The notes under the pieces were generated by a model. The model saw nothing but the letters and a program-made list of their open reading frames with translations. It had not been told where the DNA came from and ran no database searches. DNA of 63,693 nucleotides, the filler included, from Lama guanicoe (lineage: Eukaryota): assembly GCA_013239625.1 (NCBI GenBank). It is 190 parts of 190 records of this genome, joined end to end, with 100 filler letters (N's around TTAATTAATTAA, not from the genome) between each part and the next. Parts side by side here need not be neighbours in the genome. Positions count along the whole stretch, not along the records: positions 49,010 to 49,245 come from PNXV01045322.1; positions 49,346 to 49,581 come from PNXV01045323.1; positions 49,682 to 49,917 come from PNXV01045324.1; positions 50,018 to 50,253 come from PNXV01045325.1; positions 50,354 to 50,589 come from PNXV01045326.1; positions 50,690 to 50,925 come from PNXV01045327.1; positions 51,026 to 51,261 come from PNXV01045328.1; positions 51,362 to 51,597 come from PNXV01045329.1; 182 more parts are not named here. The stretch is one strand, 5' to 3'. This document shows positions 49,216 through 61,341 of this stretch, piece after piece. Position 1 is the stretch's first letter. The number at the start of each line of letters is the position of its first letter. The position numbers were made by a program, and so were the translations under genes.

Positions 49216-50689
49216 ACTGCCTTCTGTAGGACTCATTCTTTTTTTNNNNNNNNNNNNNNNNNNNNNNNNNNNNNNNNNNNNNNNNNNNNTTAATTAATTA
49301 ANNNNNNNNNNNNNNNNNNNNNNNNNNNNNNNNNNNNNNNNNNNNGAAGCATTCCTGCACCAGTGACTGACAAATAAATGAAGGGCTGTCTTTCAGTGCT
49401 AAGTGGATGGCTGGACCACAAGCTGGTTAGTTTGAGCTACACTCCGAGGTGTTCGTAGTTGATAAGGGTTTGCGTTATAAGCTGATAATTGTAGGGTCTC
49501 TGGGGTCTTTGAGATGCAAAGTCCAGTGCACTTTTGCAAGCTTATAAACTTTGTTTTAGAATAAGTTTATATTCTTCAAAGNNNNNNNNNNNNNNNNNNN
49601 NNNNNNNNNNNNNNNNNNNNNNNNNTTAATTAATTAANNNNNNNNNNNNNNNNNNNNNNNNNNNNNNNNNNNNNNNNNNNNGCCAAAGCCAACTATTACA
49701 TGCACCAGCCCTGAAGTGTTAGCCTTTGGCGTTTAGATTTGAAAGAAGCCGTCCTGGCTTAATATGGTTTAAGTAATATGAAATTTCAGTGTAAGCTCCA
49801 GTTTAAACTGACAGTCGTAAATTGTTTTCTCTATCGATTATTGAAAAATCTGAAGTCAGATGATTTAAAACAGCAGTTTCTTATGTGGTATAAGTTCAAA
49901 TGTTTATTGTACAATTGNNNNNNNNNNNNNNNNNNNNNNNNNNNNNNNNNNNNNNNNNNNNTTAATTAATTAANNNNNNNNNNNNNNNNNNNNNNNNNNN
50001 NNNNNNNNNNNNNNNNNTTTTTTTTTAAGTAAGTAATAAAATCAGGGTGAAGGAAAACCAAGGATAGGAAAAGTAAGAGACGAGTTAAGATCTTAGATCC
50101 TATCATCAAAATCTGTGTAATTGCTAGTGATGGGTCACAAATTTGGCTTCGAGCATCTTAGCATCCAAGGCAGGAAAGAAAGAAATATGGGTAGTTAAAT
50201 GAGTCAGAGTGCCCAGATAAACGCAGAGGAGTTCTGAAGAAGTTCACCTATTCNNNNNNNNNNNNNNNNNNNNNNNNNNNNNNNNNNNNNNNNNNNNTTA
50301 ATTAATTAANNNNNNNNNNNNNNNNNNNNNNNNNNNNNNNNNNNNNNNNNNNNAAGCTCCTTAGGTACCACGTAACAGTTTATAACTGTATAGCACTAAG
50401 TGCTTAGATCATCACTTACATGGTTTCATTTAGCCTTCACGGAAGATATGTTAGAGAAGTCATGATTTTTTTTTCATTGCACTTTTTTAAAATTGAGTCA
50501 ACTGGTTTACAACATTATAACAGTTTCATGTGTACAACATTGTTTCTACTTCTGTATACACCACCAAAAATTTAGTTTCCATCTATCACNNNNNNNNNNN
50601 NNNNNNNNNNNNNNNNNNNNNNNNNNNNNNNNNTTAATTAATTAANNNNNNNNNNNNNNNNNNNNNNNNNNNNNNNNNNNNNNNNNNNN

Positions 50690-50925
50690 AAACAAACAGA
50701 ACAAAAAACTATTATAACTAACAAATGAATTCAATAAGTTGCAAGATACAAAATTAGTACACTGAAATCTGTTGCATTTTCTATACGCTAACAATGAACT
50801 ATCAGAAAAAGAAATTAATAAACTAATTCTATTTACAATTGCATCAAAAAGAACAAATCATCTAGGAGTAAATCTAAGCAAAAAGGTAAAAACCTGCACT
50901 TGGAAAACTGTAAGACTTTGTAGAA
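50690..50925 (+). mobile_element. L1 ORF2 fragment
   Basis: KSVAFLYANNELSEKEI...FTIASKR..HLGVNL. Confidence 0.93.
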
Positions 50926-51187
50926 NNNNNNNNNNNNNNNNNNNNNNNNNNNNNNNNNNNNNNNNNNNNTTAATTAATTAANNNNNNNNNNNNNNNNNNN
51001 NNNNNNNNNNNNNNNNNNNNNNNNNTGGGTGGGAATTGAGGCTGGAACAGATGTAAAACCAACAGCGTTGTTTTTGCATCCCTGAAATACAGCAGTCATA
51101 CTACACTGGCTCACTAAGTAGGTATGGAGACAGTTTCCTAAAAATAAGGTGCCTGTTTTCAGAGGGTTTTTTTTTTTTATGTCTCTC

Positions 51188-51261
51188 TTTTTTTTTTTCT
51201 TTGAGGGGGAGATAGGTTTATTTTTACAGGAGGTACCAGGGATTGAACCCAGGACCTTGTG
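51188..51261 (-). mobile_element. tRNA-derived SINE 3' half, resembling camelid Vic-1
   Basis: The reverse complement cacaaggtcctgGGTTCAATCCctggtacctcc...taaacct...tccccc...aaaaaaa has a Pol III B box and an A-tail. Confidence 0.7.
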
Positions 51262-53041
51262 NNNNNNNNNNNNNNNNNNNNNNNNNNNNNNNNNNNNNNN
51301 NNNNNTTAATTAATTAANNNNNNNNNNNNNNNNNNNNNNNNNNNNNNNNNNNNNNNNNNNNATAGTGTGCATGTCCTTGTGTGTGTTCATATGTTTTCCC
51401 CCAAGCATAAGTAAAGATACAAAAGATACAAAAAGTGGAATTCATAGAACCCTCGCACAATGGAGAAGCTGCTATCGGTGGCAGAATTTGAAGTGCGAGA
51501 ACACTGACTATCAGAAACACCATCTTATATAAGACACTAAAAATAATATAACAGCCACTGAAGAAATTAAAAGGGGATGAAATACTGGAGATGAAGTNNN
51601 NNNNNNNNNNNNNNNNNNNNNNNNNNNNNNNNNNNNNNNNNTTAATTAATTAANNNNNNNNNNNNNNNNNNNNNNNNNNNNNNNNNNNNNNNNNNNNATT
51701 GAGAATCTGATGGGTTGAGTTTCAGACTAAATTTCCTTTCAAGACAGCCTTGTTACTGTAGTTGAAATCAGACAGCAGAAGAAGACCAGAAAGAGGTTTG
51801 GCTCTAGTCCTAGAACCAAATTTGGTCCCATGTGATGGTAACAGTGACTGGTTCAGTCGTTCCGACTAAGGATCCTCTCATAGCACCACTGTGGGTACCT
51901 CTGCTACATCCACATTTGCTTAAGGTCTCAGTTNNNNNNNNNNNNNNNNNNNNNNNNNNNNNNNNNNNNNNNNNNNNTTAATTAATTAANNNNNNNNNNN
52001 NNNNNNNNNNNNNNNNNNNNNNNNNNNNNNNNNTTCCTGGGGTCTCCCAACTGCCAGCCTACACTGCCAATTTTAGACTTGCCCAATGAATGAATGAATG
52101 AATGAATAAACAAATTACAAACACACACACACACACATATGCAAATCCTATTACTCCTTTTTTTCTTGTGAATCATGACTAATAATAATTTATCAACTTA
52201 CAAATCTAATAAAGTCCCACGGAAATGGACTGCTCAAAGGAAGATTCATTTCAATGCTTCCACAGAAAGNNNNNNNNNNNNNNNNNNNNNNNNNNNNNNN
52301 NNNNNNNNNNNNNTTAATTAATTAANNNNNNNNNNNNNNNNNNNNNNNNNNNNNNNNNNNNNNNNNNNNTCTCCAGATTGGGGTTGAATGTCTTCCAGTC
52401 CTAATTAACACCCAGAGCCGCTTTCTGGTGCTCAACCTCACTGCTATAAAACAGCCCCTGCCTCAAATTACTAAAAACCGTTCAAAGACTGAGGATCTCT
52501 AATGAAACTCTTGAGTTCCTGATTGGAACCTATTTCCTTTTGTTAAGGCCTTTTGAGAAATACATACCCTTTTCTCTTTAGTTCCTCTGCTCTTATCCAT
52601 TTATTNNNNNNNNNNNNNNNNNNNNNNNNNNNNNNNNNNNNNNNNNNNNTTAATTAATTAANNNNNNNNNNNNNNNNNNNNNNNNNNNNNNNNNNNNNNN
52701 NNNNNAACTTAAGTTATTCTCTTGTCTTATTCATCTTGCAAATTCTGGCACAGATGGAACAACTCATAATGCATTTTTCAGAAGCTTGAACAACTACACT
52801 GTATAGAACAAGTCTGCATGGTACTCTAATCCTCTCCCCAAGCAAGGAGAGAAGGCGACCCTATCTCATGAACAAAACTAAAATGCCAGGCCATGTTAAG
52901 GGGATACAGGGTTTAACACAAGGGACATAATTACAGAACCCNNNNNNNNNNNNNNNNNNNNNNNNNNNNNNNNNNNNNNNNNNNNTTAATTAATTAANNN
53001 NNNNNNNNNNNNNNNNNNNNNNNNNNNNNNNNNNNNNNNNN

Positions 53042-53613
53042 CCATAAGAGGGGGAAATGTTATTAGCTTCAGATGAATGACGGTCCAACTGTCAGTTGAC
53101 TTCTCAGTTGCAGAGTATAAACCAAATTCAGCGTGCTGAAAGAAAGAATTGCCAACCCCAAATTTTAAACCCACCAGAAATGATATTCAACAATGAAAAG
53201 AAAGAGGTTAAAGTGAAAGTTAAGTGTATTTTATATAGACAGAATAGTCTACCACCAGCTTGTTTGCACAAAAGGAGNNNNNNNNNNNNNNNNNNNNNNN
53301 NNNNNNNNNNNNNNNNNNNNNTTAATTAATTAANNNNNNNNNNNNNNNNNNNNNNNNNNNNNNNNNNNNNNNNNNNNCCATAAGAGGGGGAAATGTTATT
53401 AGCTTCAGATGAATGACGGTCCAACTCTCAGTTGACTTCTCAGTTGCAGAGTATAAACCAAATTCAGCATGCTGAAAGAAAGAATTGCCAACCCCAAATT
53501 TTAAACCCGCCAGAAATGGTATTCAACAATGAAAAGAAAGAGGTTAAAGTGAAAGTTAAGTGTGTTTTATATAGACAGAATAGTCTACCACCAGCTTGTT
53601 TGCACAAAAGGAG
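53042..53613 (+). other. Pair of adjacent near-identical contigs (53042-53277 and 53378-53613) containing an old L1 ORF1 relic
   Basis: 5 substitutions in 236 bp with identical end points. ERKNCQPQILNPPEM.FNNE resembles L1 ORF1p KEKNCQPRILYPAKLSFKNE. Confidence 0.92.
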
Positions 53614-54721
53614 NNNNNNNNNNNNNNNNNNNNNNNNNNNNNNNNNNNNNNNNNNNNTTAATTAATTAANNNNNNNNNNNNNNNNNNNNNNNNNNNNNNN
53701 NNNNNNNNNNNNNAGTGTCTGGCAGAAAATATAAGCTATCACACTTATGCAACAAAAAGGGAAAAAATGCCAGTACTAAGTCAAACAGAAGAAATCACCT
53801 CATTCCCGAAGTCAAATATCAAACTGAGCCTACCTGATTCTGCCACAGAGGAATATTTGCTTATCTGAAATGCTAACAAAGTGTGCCTTGGAAGTTGGCT
53901 CTGGTTCCATTGGGATTTCTCTCAGTTAAGATGAGATCAGTACTTTTCANNNNNNNNNNNNNNNNNNNNNNNNNNNNNNNNNNNNNNNNNNNNTTAATTA
54001 ATTAANNNNNNNNNNNNNNNNNNNNNNNNNNNNNNNNNNNNNNNNNNNNTTATCTTTTATGTACAGATCTTTTTGCATCTATTAAGATACAGTTCAATTT
54101 AGAAATGACAAATTGTCCATATTGTGCAAGCCCTTCAAGGTCATGGTTCAATTTTAACATTCATTAAGTTTTGTTTATGTTTCCACCGTAGATGTGAATG
54201 TTCACCACCAAGCTACAAAATTAATAAGAACAATCAATGGTGAATCCTAGACACACACCATTAAAATGAGAGTTGGGCTGAATCANNNNNNNNNNNNNNN
54301 NNNNNNNNNNNNNNNNNNNNNNNNNNNNNTTAATTAATTAANNNNNNNNNNNNNNNNNNNNNNNNNNNNNNNNNNNNNNNNNNNNACTGCAGTTCTTCCA
54401 TTTGACTCTAGAATATTTTTTTACGCCAACGCTGTGCCCCAGCAGCTTACAAGAACAGTGGACTGAGCACACCATTATGAATGAAAACTACTGCCAGCCT
54501 TATCAGTAAACAGGGAACGCTGTGGCCATCAGGTCATCAGCCGCTAGGAACACCCATGACAGGGAGTGGAGGGAACTCAGGATGCAGACAAGCAGGCAGC
54601 CGAGCCTCTGCAGCCACCCCCNNNNNNNNNNNNNNNNNNNNNNNNNNNNNNNNNNNNNNNNNNNNTTAATTAATTAANNNNNNNNNNNNNNNNNNNNNNN
54701 NNNNNNNNNNNNNNNNNNNNN

Positions 54722-54957
54722 ACAATCAATATTCTGCATTCCGTATTCTATTTTCTATATTCTGTGTTTTTCATTGTATATTCGAAATTCTATATTCAGT
54801 ATTGTGAGTTCTCTATTCTAATATTTGTGTTCTTCATTCCATGTTCCCAATCTGTATTCAATATTCCCTATTCTATATTCAAAATTCTGTGTTCCGCATT
54901 CTATGTTTTCAATTTTATACTCAGTATTCCGTATTATATATTCTATATTCTCTGTTC
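54722..54957. repeat. 7-bp-periodic satellite, same family as 1676-1910
   Basis: tattctg cattccg tattcta...aattcta tattcag units. Confidence 0.85.
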
Positions 54958-55393
54958 NNNNNNNNNNNNNNNNNNNNNNNNNNNNNNNNNNNNNNNNNNN
55001 NTTAATTAATTAANNNNNNNNNNNNNNNNNNNNNNNNNNNNNNNNNNNNNNNNNNNNTTTTTCAAATTTATAGATACTAGTTTGTTTTAACATTCTCATG
55101 AATTAAAGTATCTCTACAGTATAATCATGCTGCCTCTTTTTTGCTGTAATATTTTGAAGTTGTGAAATATTTACCTTTCAAGTCTTTTGTAAGATGTATC
55201 TATCCCATTATTTTTTGTTTTATTGATCAGCTCTATTGTTTTCTATTTTTATTACTAATATATGTCCTTAACATTTATTTTTTTCCTTTTATTNNNNNNN
55301 NNNNNNNNNNNNNNNNNNNNNNNNNNNNNNNNNNNNNTTAATTAATTAANNNNNNNNNNNNNNNNNNNNNNNNNNNNNNNNNNNNNNNNNNNN

Positions 55394-55629
55394 ATGAAAA
55401 GATGCTCAACATCATTAATTGTTAGAGAAATGCAAATCAAAAGCACAATAAGATGTCACCTCACACCAGGCAGAATGGCCATCATTCAAAAGTCTACAAC
55501 CGCTGGAGAGGGTGTGGAGAAAAGGGAACCCTCCTACACTCTTGGTTGGAATGTAAATTGGTTCAGTTACTATGGCAGACAGTATGGAGGTTTCTTAAAA
55601 ATCTAAAAGTAGATTTATCACATGATCCA
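55394..55629 (+). mobile_element. L1 ORF2 C-terminal cysteine-rich region fragment
   Basis: MKRCSTSLIVREMQIKSTIRCHLTP.RMAII; frameshifted downstream. Confidence 0.95.
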
Positions 55630-56149
55630 NNNNNNNNNNNNNNNNNNNNNNNNNNNNNNNNNNNNNNNNNNNNTTAATTAATTAANNNNNNNNNNNNNNN
55701 NNNNNNNNNNNNNNNNNNNNNNNNNNNNNAAAAAAAAGAAGGTTTCAGGTGTGCCCTGATTGGAGGCTGGGGTGGTGGGGAAGCTGCGGGCGGGCTCACC
55801 AGAACCAGGACATCCTGTGTGATTGGTTCAGATGCATATTTGTCTTTCTCTGGTTGGCACTAAATTAAAAATAGGAACAAAACTTAGAGAAGCTGTCATT
55901 TTTTAAAACTGAGGTGTAGTCAGTTTACAATGTTGGGTCAGTTTCTGGTGTACAGCATAATAGTTNNNNNNNNNNNNNNNNNNNNNNNNNNNNNNNNNNN
56001 NNNNNNNNNTTAATTAATTAANNNNNNNNNNNNNNNNNNNNNNNNNNNNNNNNNNNNNNNNNNNNAAGTTACTTTTCATTGTGATGAATGTTAGGACACC
56101 TTCAGATCCATCAGTGGACCTCACTGTGCAAGGGTGACGTGAATTTGGA

Positions 56150-56301
56150 GAAGAGACTCTTGAGGTAGACGACCTGGATTCGGATCCTGGGTCTGTCACT
56201 GACTCTGAGACTATGGAACTTTGGATGGATGATTTCTCTCCCAGGGCCTCAGTTTCCTTATATTCAAAATGAGGATGGTCATATTTTCCTCAGAGGGTGA
56301 T
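56150..56301 (+). mobile_element. MIR SINE
   Basis: gacgacctggattcggatcctgggtctgtcactgac...gcctcagtttccttatattcaaaatgaggat. Confidence 0.8.
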
Positions 56302-56401
56302 NNNNNNNNNNNNNNNNNNNNNNNNNNNNNNNNNNNNNNNNNNNNTTAATTAATTAANNNNNNNNNNNNNNNNNNNNNNNNNNNNNNNNNNNNNNNNNNN
56401 N

Positions 56402-56637
56402 CATTCTATAAAACTAACATTACCCTGAATCCAAAACCAGACAAAGATATCACAAGAAAGAAAACTAATGTCATGAAAATGGAGGTAAAAATTTTAAACA
56501 AAACATTAGCAAATTAAACCCAATAATACAGGAAAATTCATCACGACCAAGTGGGGTGTATCCCAAGAATGCAGGGCTGTTTTAACACATAAAAATCAAT
56601 GTTATTCATCATATTAACAAACTAAAAAAGAAACCAT
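56402..56637 (+). mobile_element. L1 ORF2 RT fragment
   Basis: attaccctgaatccaaaaccagacaaagat...catcacgaccaagtggggtgtatcccaagaatgcagggctg (HHDQVG.IP.MQG). Confidence 0.9.
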
Positions 56638-56759
56638 NNNNNNNNNNNNNNNNNNNNNNNNNNNNNNNNNNNNNNNNNNNNTTAATTAATTAANNNNNNN
56701 NNNNNNNNNNNNNNNNNNNNNNNNNNNNNNNNNNNNNCTCTTCAGGGAGCCCAGTGTAG

Positions 56760-56930
56760 ACACTCGGCTCAGCCCCTCCACGTCCTCGCTGCCTGATGAA
56801 AGCGCCAGGTCACGCCAAACTCACATGAAATGAATGTGCGTGCTTTTCCCCTGTTCATCTGCCTCTGTCGGTTTAATTTTCAGACCCAGCCGGGGACCTC
56901 AGAGAGCTGAGGAAAACTTCCTCCCCCGCA
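56760..56930 (+). mobile_element. ERV1 LTR 3' end (MER34/MER39-like)
   Basis: tgcttttcccctgttcatctgcctctgtcggtttaattttcagacccagcc...cagagagctgaggaaaacttcctcccccgca. Confidence 0.6.
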
Positions 56931-59900
56931 CCCCGACTCTTCCCAAGAAACGTGACTCGCTGGGTCCTCTGGTNNNNNNNNNNNNNNNNNNNNNNNNNNN
57001 NNNNNNNNNNNNNNNNNTTAATTAATTAANNNNNNNNNNNNNNNNNNNNNNNNNNNNNNNNNNNNNNNNNNNNCTCTCCCTCGAGAGGTCCTAACTATTG
57101 CAAAAATGCTGGCCCCGTGTGCAGACAGCACAGCATGACGCGTTTGTTGCTCCTCAGCCTTGCAAAGAAGGGGTTTGTTGTAACAGGCCCTGGATTAGTC
57201 TCTATTCTATCTCTTCTTCTGGGTTTTAGCTGGGGACTTTTTAACGTGCTTTCGCTTTGTCTAGGTTTTTGGTCTTAGCAGCTGGGTAAACAGACTCTCT
57301 GCAACACCCNNNNNNNNNNNNNNNNNNNNNNNNNNNNNNNNNNNNNNNNNNNNTTAATTAATTAANNNNNNNNNNNNNNNNNNNNNNNNNNNNNNNNNNN
57401 NNNNNNNNNATATAGCTAGAATTGGTATATCTGAAGATCTTTTTAGAAAAAATAATCACCTGTTTTGGCTAAACTCTTCAAATGAAGGATTTATTGACCC
57501 ACTTTAATTTCTGTGACTACATCTTTGTGTAGTGAAGAGCAAACCAAGAGGATTGAATTCTGGGTCTACTGGCAACTCACCAGGTGCCTTGGGCAAGTTA
57601 CTCCTCTGAGCCTGGGTGGATAAGCTGCATGTCTGGGGACAAGAANNNNNNNNNNNNNNNNNNNNNNNNNNNNNNNNNNNNNNNNNNNNTTAATTAATTA
57701 ANNNNNNNNNNNNNNNNNNNNNNNNNNNNNNNNNNNNNNNNNNNNCTTAAACTCCTCACTTCAATTTTTTTCTTCTTTCACATTCCCATGGGAAATTATT
57801 TATTTAAATCCTTAGAATTCAGATGTGTAGAAGACTGCTGTTTGTCCCCTCAATATTAATTCTTCTTTTTCTTTTTTCTATAATAATATAACTTTTATCT
57901 TGGCATATGGCTGCCTAGGGAAAGACTACATTTCCCCCTGTTCTTAGCCATATAGCTATGGCTGTGTAACTAGGTCTAAATNNNNNNNNNNNNNNNNNNN
58001 NNNNNNNNNNNNNNNNNNNNNNNNNTTAATTAATTAANNNNNNNNNNNNNNNNNNNNNNNNNNNNNNNNNNNNNNNNNNNNCTCTTGGCAACATTGCCTC
58101 AAGCCACGTACCCCTGACCTTTTCCGTTACATGTGCCATTTGAGCCGCCCCACCGGTTGGACTGGGTTTCTGCACGTGAGATCGGTAGAGTGATGGCCGC
58201 ACAGAGGACCACGGTGACACGTACTGCACCCCAGGAGCGTGTGACCATTCTCTCCAAGCATCACCACCGGTCAGCCTCTGGGTTGGTGGCCCCCCGCCTC
58301 GGTGTCCCTGCAGCCCCNNNNNNNNNNNNNNNNNNNNNNNNNNNNNNNNNNNNNNNNNNNNTTAATTAATTAANNNNNNNNNNNNNNNNNNNNNNNNNNN
58401 NNNNNNNNNNNNNNNNNGAACTGAGTTAAACAGGCACAAAGGGTCCCCGCGACACCCAGCCCGAGACGTGAGCCGGCAGCTGGGGCCAGGACAGGCTGCC
58501 TGAGCCGGGCGGGGGACGGGGACGGCTGCACTGAGGCAGCCCCGGGGGACTGCAGGGGGCTGTGCGCCATGGCTGGGAAGGGATATGGAGCAGAACAACC
58601 TCAGCCCCCATAAATTGCGAAAAAAGCAAAGCAACACGGCTGGTGTGCCCTGGNNNNNNNNNNNNNNNNNNNNNNNNNNNNNNNNNNNNNNNNNNNNTTA
58701 ATTAATTAANNNNNNNNNNNNNNNNNNNNNNNNNNNNNNNNNNNNNNNNNNNNCAAAAATAAAGTGTAATATTTTATAAGGAAAATGAGTCAATTTATTA
58801 AAAAAAGACATAATTTCTAGAATTTGCATTTGTTTTTGCCTTCAATTCAGCTCATTTTATTTCTATTCTCTGTTTCATTATTCTTTAATCAATGTATGTA
58901 CATTAAGTATAGTTGTCTCTTTCTGAATTCTATTCTCCACTTAAATGGAACTCTGACTCTCTGTCCTATGTTTCTATTTTATTATATTTNNNNNNNNNNN
59001 NNNNNNNNNNNNNNNNNNNNNNNNNNNNNNNNNTTAATTAATTAANNNNNNNNNNNNNNNNNNNNNNNNNNNNNNNNNNNNNNNNNNNNGGCAAAATGAG
59101 GAGGAAAAATATTGACGGCGTATTGCTTTGGTGCAGAGAGGCAGCCGCATTCCGGGGCAGGATGTGGTTACGGGCAAGTTTTGTGCCATGTACGTTGTCT
59201 TGTGATTCATGGAAACACCCAAAGCTTTGGTTGCACGTATTCAGTGTGTTTCGAGCCTACACTTGCTCATAGGCAGAAAATTTCTATTTATAAATGGAAG
59301 GCGGAAAATGTTTTAATTTTGAACTNNNNNNNNNNNNNNNNNNNNNNNNNNNNNNNNNNNNNNNNNNNNTTAATTAATTAANNNNNNNNNNNNNNNNNNN
59401 NNNNNNNNNNNNNNNNNNNNNNNNNGGTAGAAAGAGCGCAAAGCGTTCCTGTGGAACAGGCCCTCCCCCATCACGGTCTGTGTTTACACAGCACAGATTG
59501 GAAATGCTCGGTATCTTAACACCTGTCTCCTTGATCATCGTTTGGTTTGGGGAGTTGTGTACTTGGGTGCTGTGAAAGATAAAATGACTAAATAAAAACA
59601 ATACTTTAGTATAGAATCTAGTTAGGGGCATGAAAAAAGAGTGGAAAAGAAGTCAAATCCANNNNNNNNNNNNNNNNNNNNNNNNNNNNNNNNNNNNNNN
59701 NNNNNTTAATTAATTAANNNNNNNNNNNNNNNNNNNNNNNNNNNNNNNNNNNNNNNNNNNNCAGATGTGTGGGGTGTGGCAATCTGATAGGAGGTATGTC
59801 ATGAGTAATTCGCTCCCAGTAATTATTAACTGGTTAAGAATGTGTTATGGCCTTTATTTTATAAATCAGAGTGGAATTCAGAGTATGCTTATAATAACAT

Positions 59901-60433
59901 CACTTTCAATCATTTCTTTTCCAGTATGATTTTTGGAAAAGAGCAAAAGAGGTGGGGTTACCACTGGCATTAATTGCTTATCTGGTTCCTACCTTTTNNN
60001 NNNNNNNNNNNNNNNNNNNNNNNNNNNNNNNNNNNNNNNNNTTAATTAATTAANNNNNNNNNNNNNNNNNNNNNNNNNNNNNNNNNNNNNNNNNNNNCCA
60101 TGGTTAAAGGCCACAGTCCTCTGGCTTCATCTTGTTTCATTTTATTTCCCTTCTTTCCACATGAAGTTTAGAATCAGCTTGTCAATGAGAAAAAGAAAAG
60201 TCTGCTAGTGTCCTGGACATTAGATGTAGATTACGTTGAATCTGTAGATTAATTTGGGGAGAATTGACTTCTTAACAATATGGCATTTTTAACCCCGAAC
60301 AAAGTTTATTTCTCCACTTATATAGGTCTTCCTNNNNNNNNNNNNNNNNNNNNNNNNNNNNNNNNNNNNNNNNNNNNTTAATTAATTAANNNNNNNNNNN
60401 NNNNNNNNNNNNNNNNNNNNNNNNNNNNNNNNN

Positions 60434-60669
60434 GTATATATCAAAGGGAACCCGATTTCAAAAAGTCACCTGCACCCCAATGTTTTCAGCAGTGCTATAT
60501 ACAACAGCCATGACACGGTAGAAACCTAATTGTCCAAAAACAGTTGACAGTATTAAGAACTTATCCCTTATTTACACAATGGAATAATGTTCTGAAATAA
60601 AAAAAGATAAAACAATGACGTTTGCAGCAAAATGGATGTCCCCATAAAGTGTCATTCTAATTGAAGTAA
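60434..60669 (+). mobile_element. L1 ORF2 end / 3' UTR fragment
   Basis: cacctgcaccccaatgttttcagcagtgctatatacaacagcca...tacacaatggaata...tttgcagcaaaatggatg. Confidence 0.88.
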
Positions 60670-61105
60670 NNNNNNNNNNNNNNNNNNNNNNNNNNNNNNN
60701 NNNNNNNNNNNNNTTAATTAATTAANNNNNNNNNNNNNNNNNNNNNNNNNNNNNNNNNNNNNNNNNNNNGTTGCTGGAAAGACCAGACGAAGTGGCTCTC
60801 AAAAAATCCTTACTTATTGATTTTGTTGCATTTGATGATTTCAAGAGCTAATTTGACACAGACTATTACTTCATCCTATTAGTGCTACTATCATAATGAC
60901 CGCATTAACAAAATATTCTAGATAAATGGTTGATAAGTGACTGGAAAATCATCTTGGATAATTGAATATTGAAATTTTCCACAAAATTAAGTGTGTCTTT
61001 GTAGGNNNNNNNNNNNNNNNNNNNNNNNNNNNNNNNNNNNNNNNNNNNNTTAATTAATTAANNNNNNNNNNNNNNNNNNNNNNNNNNNNNNNNNNNNNNN
61101 NNNNN

Positions 61106-61341
61106 CAAGATGGATTTGAGATGAGTGTTAAGTCTCCTATCTTTCGGATTGGCGCCTCCTTGACCAGTAAACCTTCCTCTGCTCCAAACTCCAACATTTT
61201 GATTTGTCTGGGCACTTGAAGTTGGAGTCAACCACACAGCTTCTCTCCTTGGCTTGTAGACGGCCATCTTCTCGCGGTGTCCTCTCATGGCTTTTCCTCA
61301 GTGACTGTGCTTCTGTTGTCTATTTATGCTAACGTCCCTTA
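61106..61341. mobile_element. Composite: ERV LTR-like R/U5 segment abutting an antisense MLT1A-like MaLR LTR
   Basis: agtaaaccttcctctgctccaaactccaac (about 61165-61195), then ttctctccttggcttgtagacggccatcttctc (about 61241-61275). Confidence 0.55.

Noticed and set aside
51066..51110. Possible V(D)J recombination signal (tgtttttgc...cactgg)
   Set aside because: The spacer is not 12 or 23 bp, the heptamer is non-consensus and no J or V segment follows.
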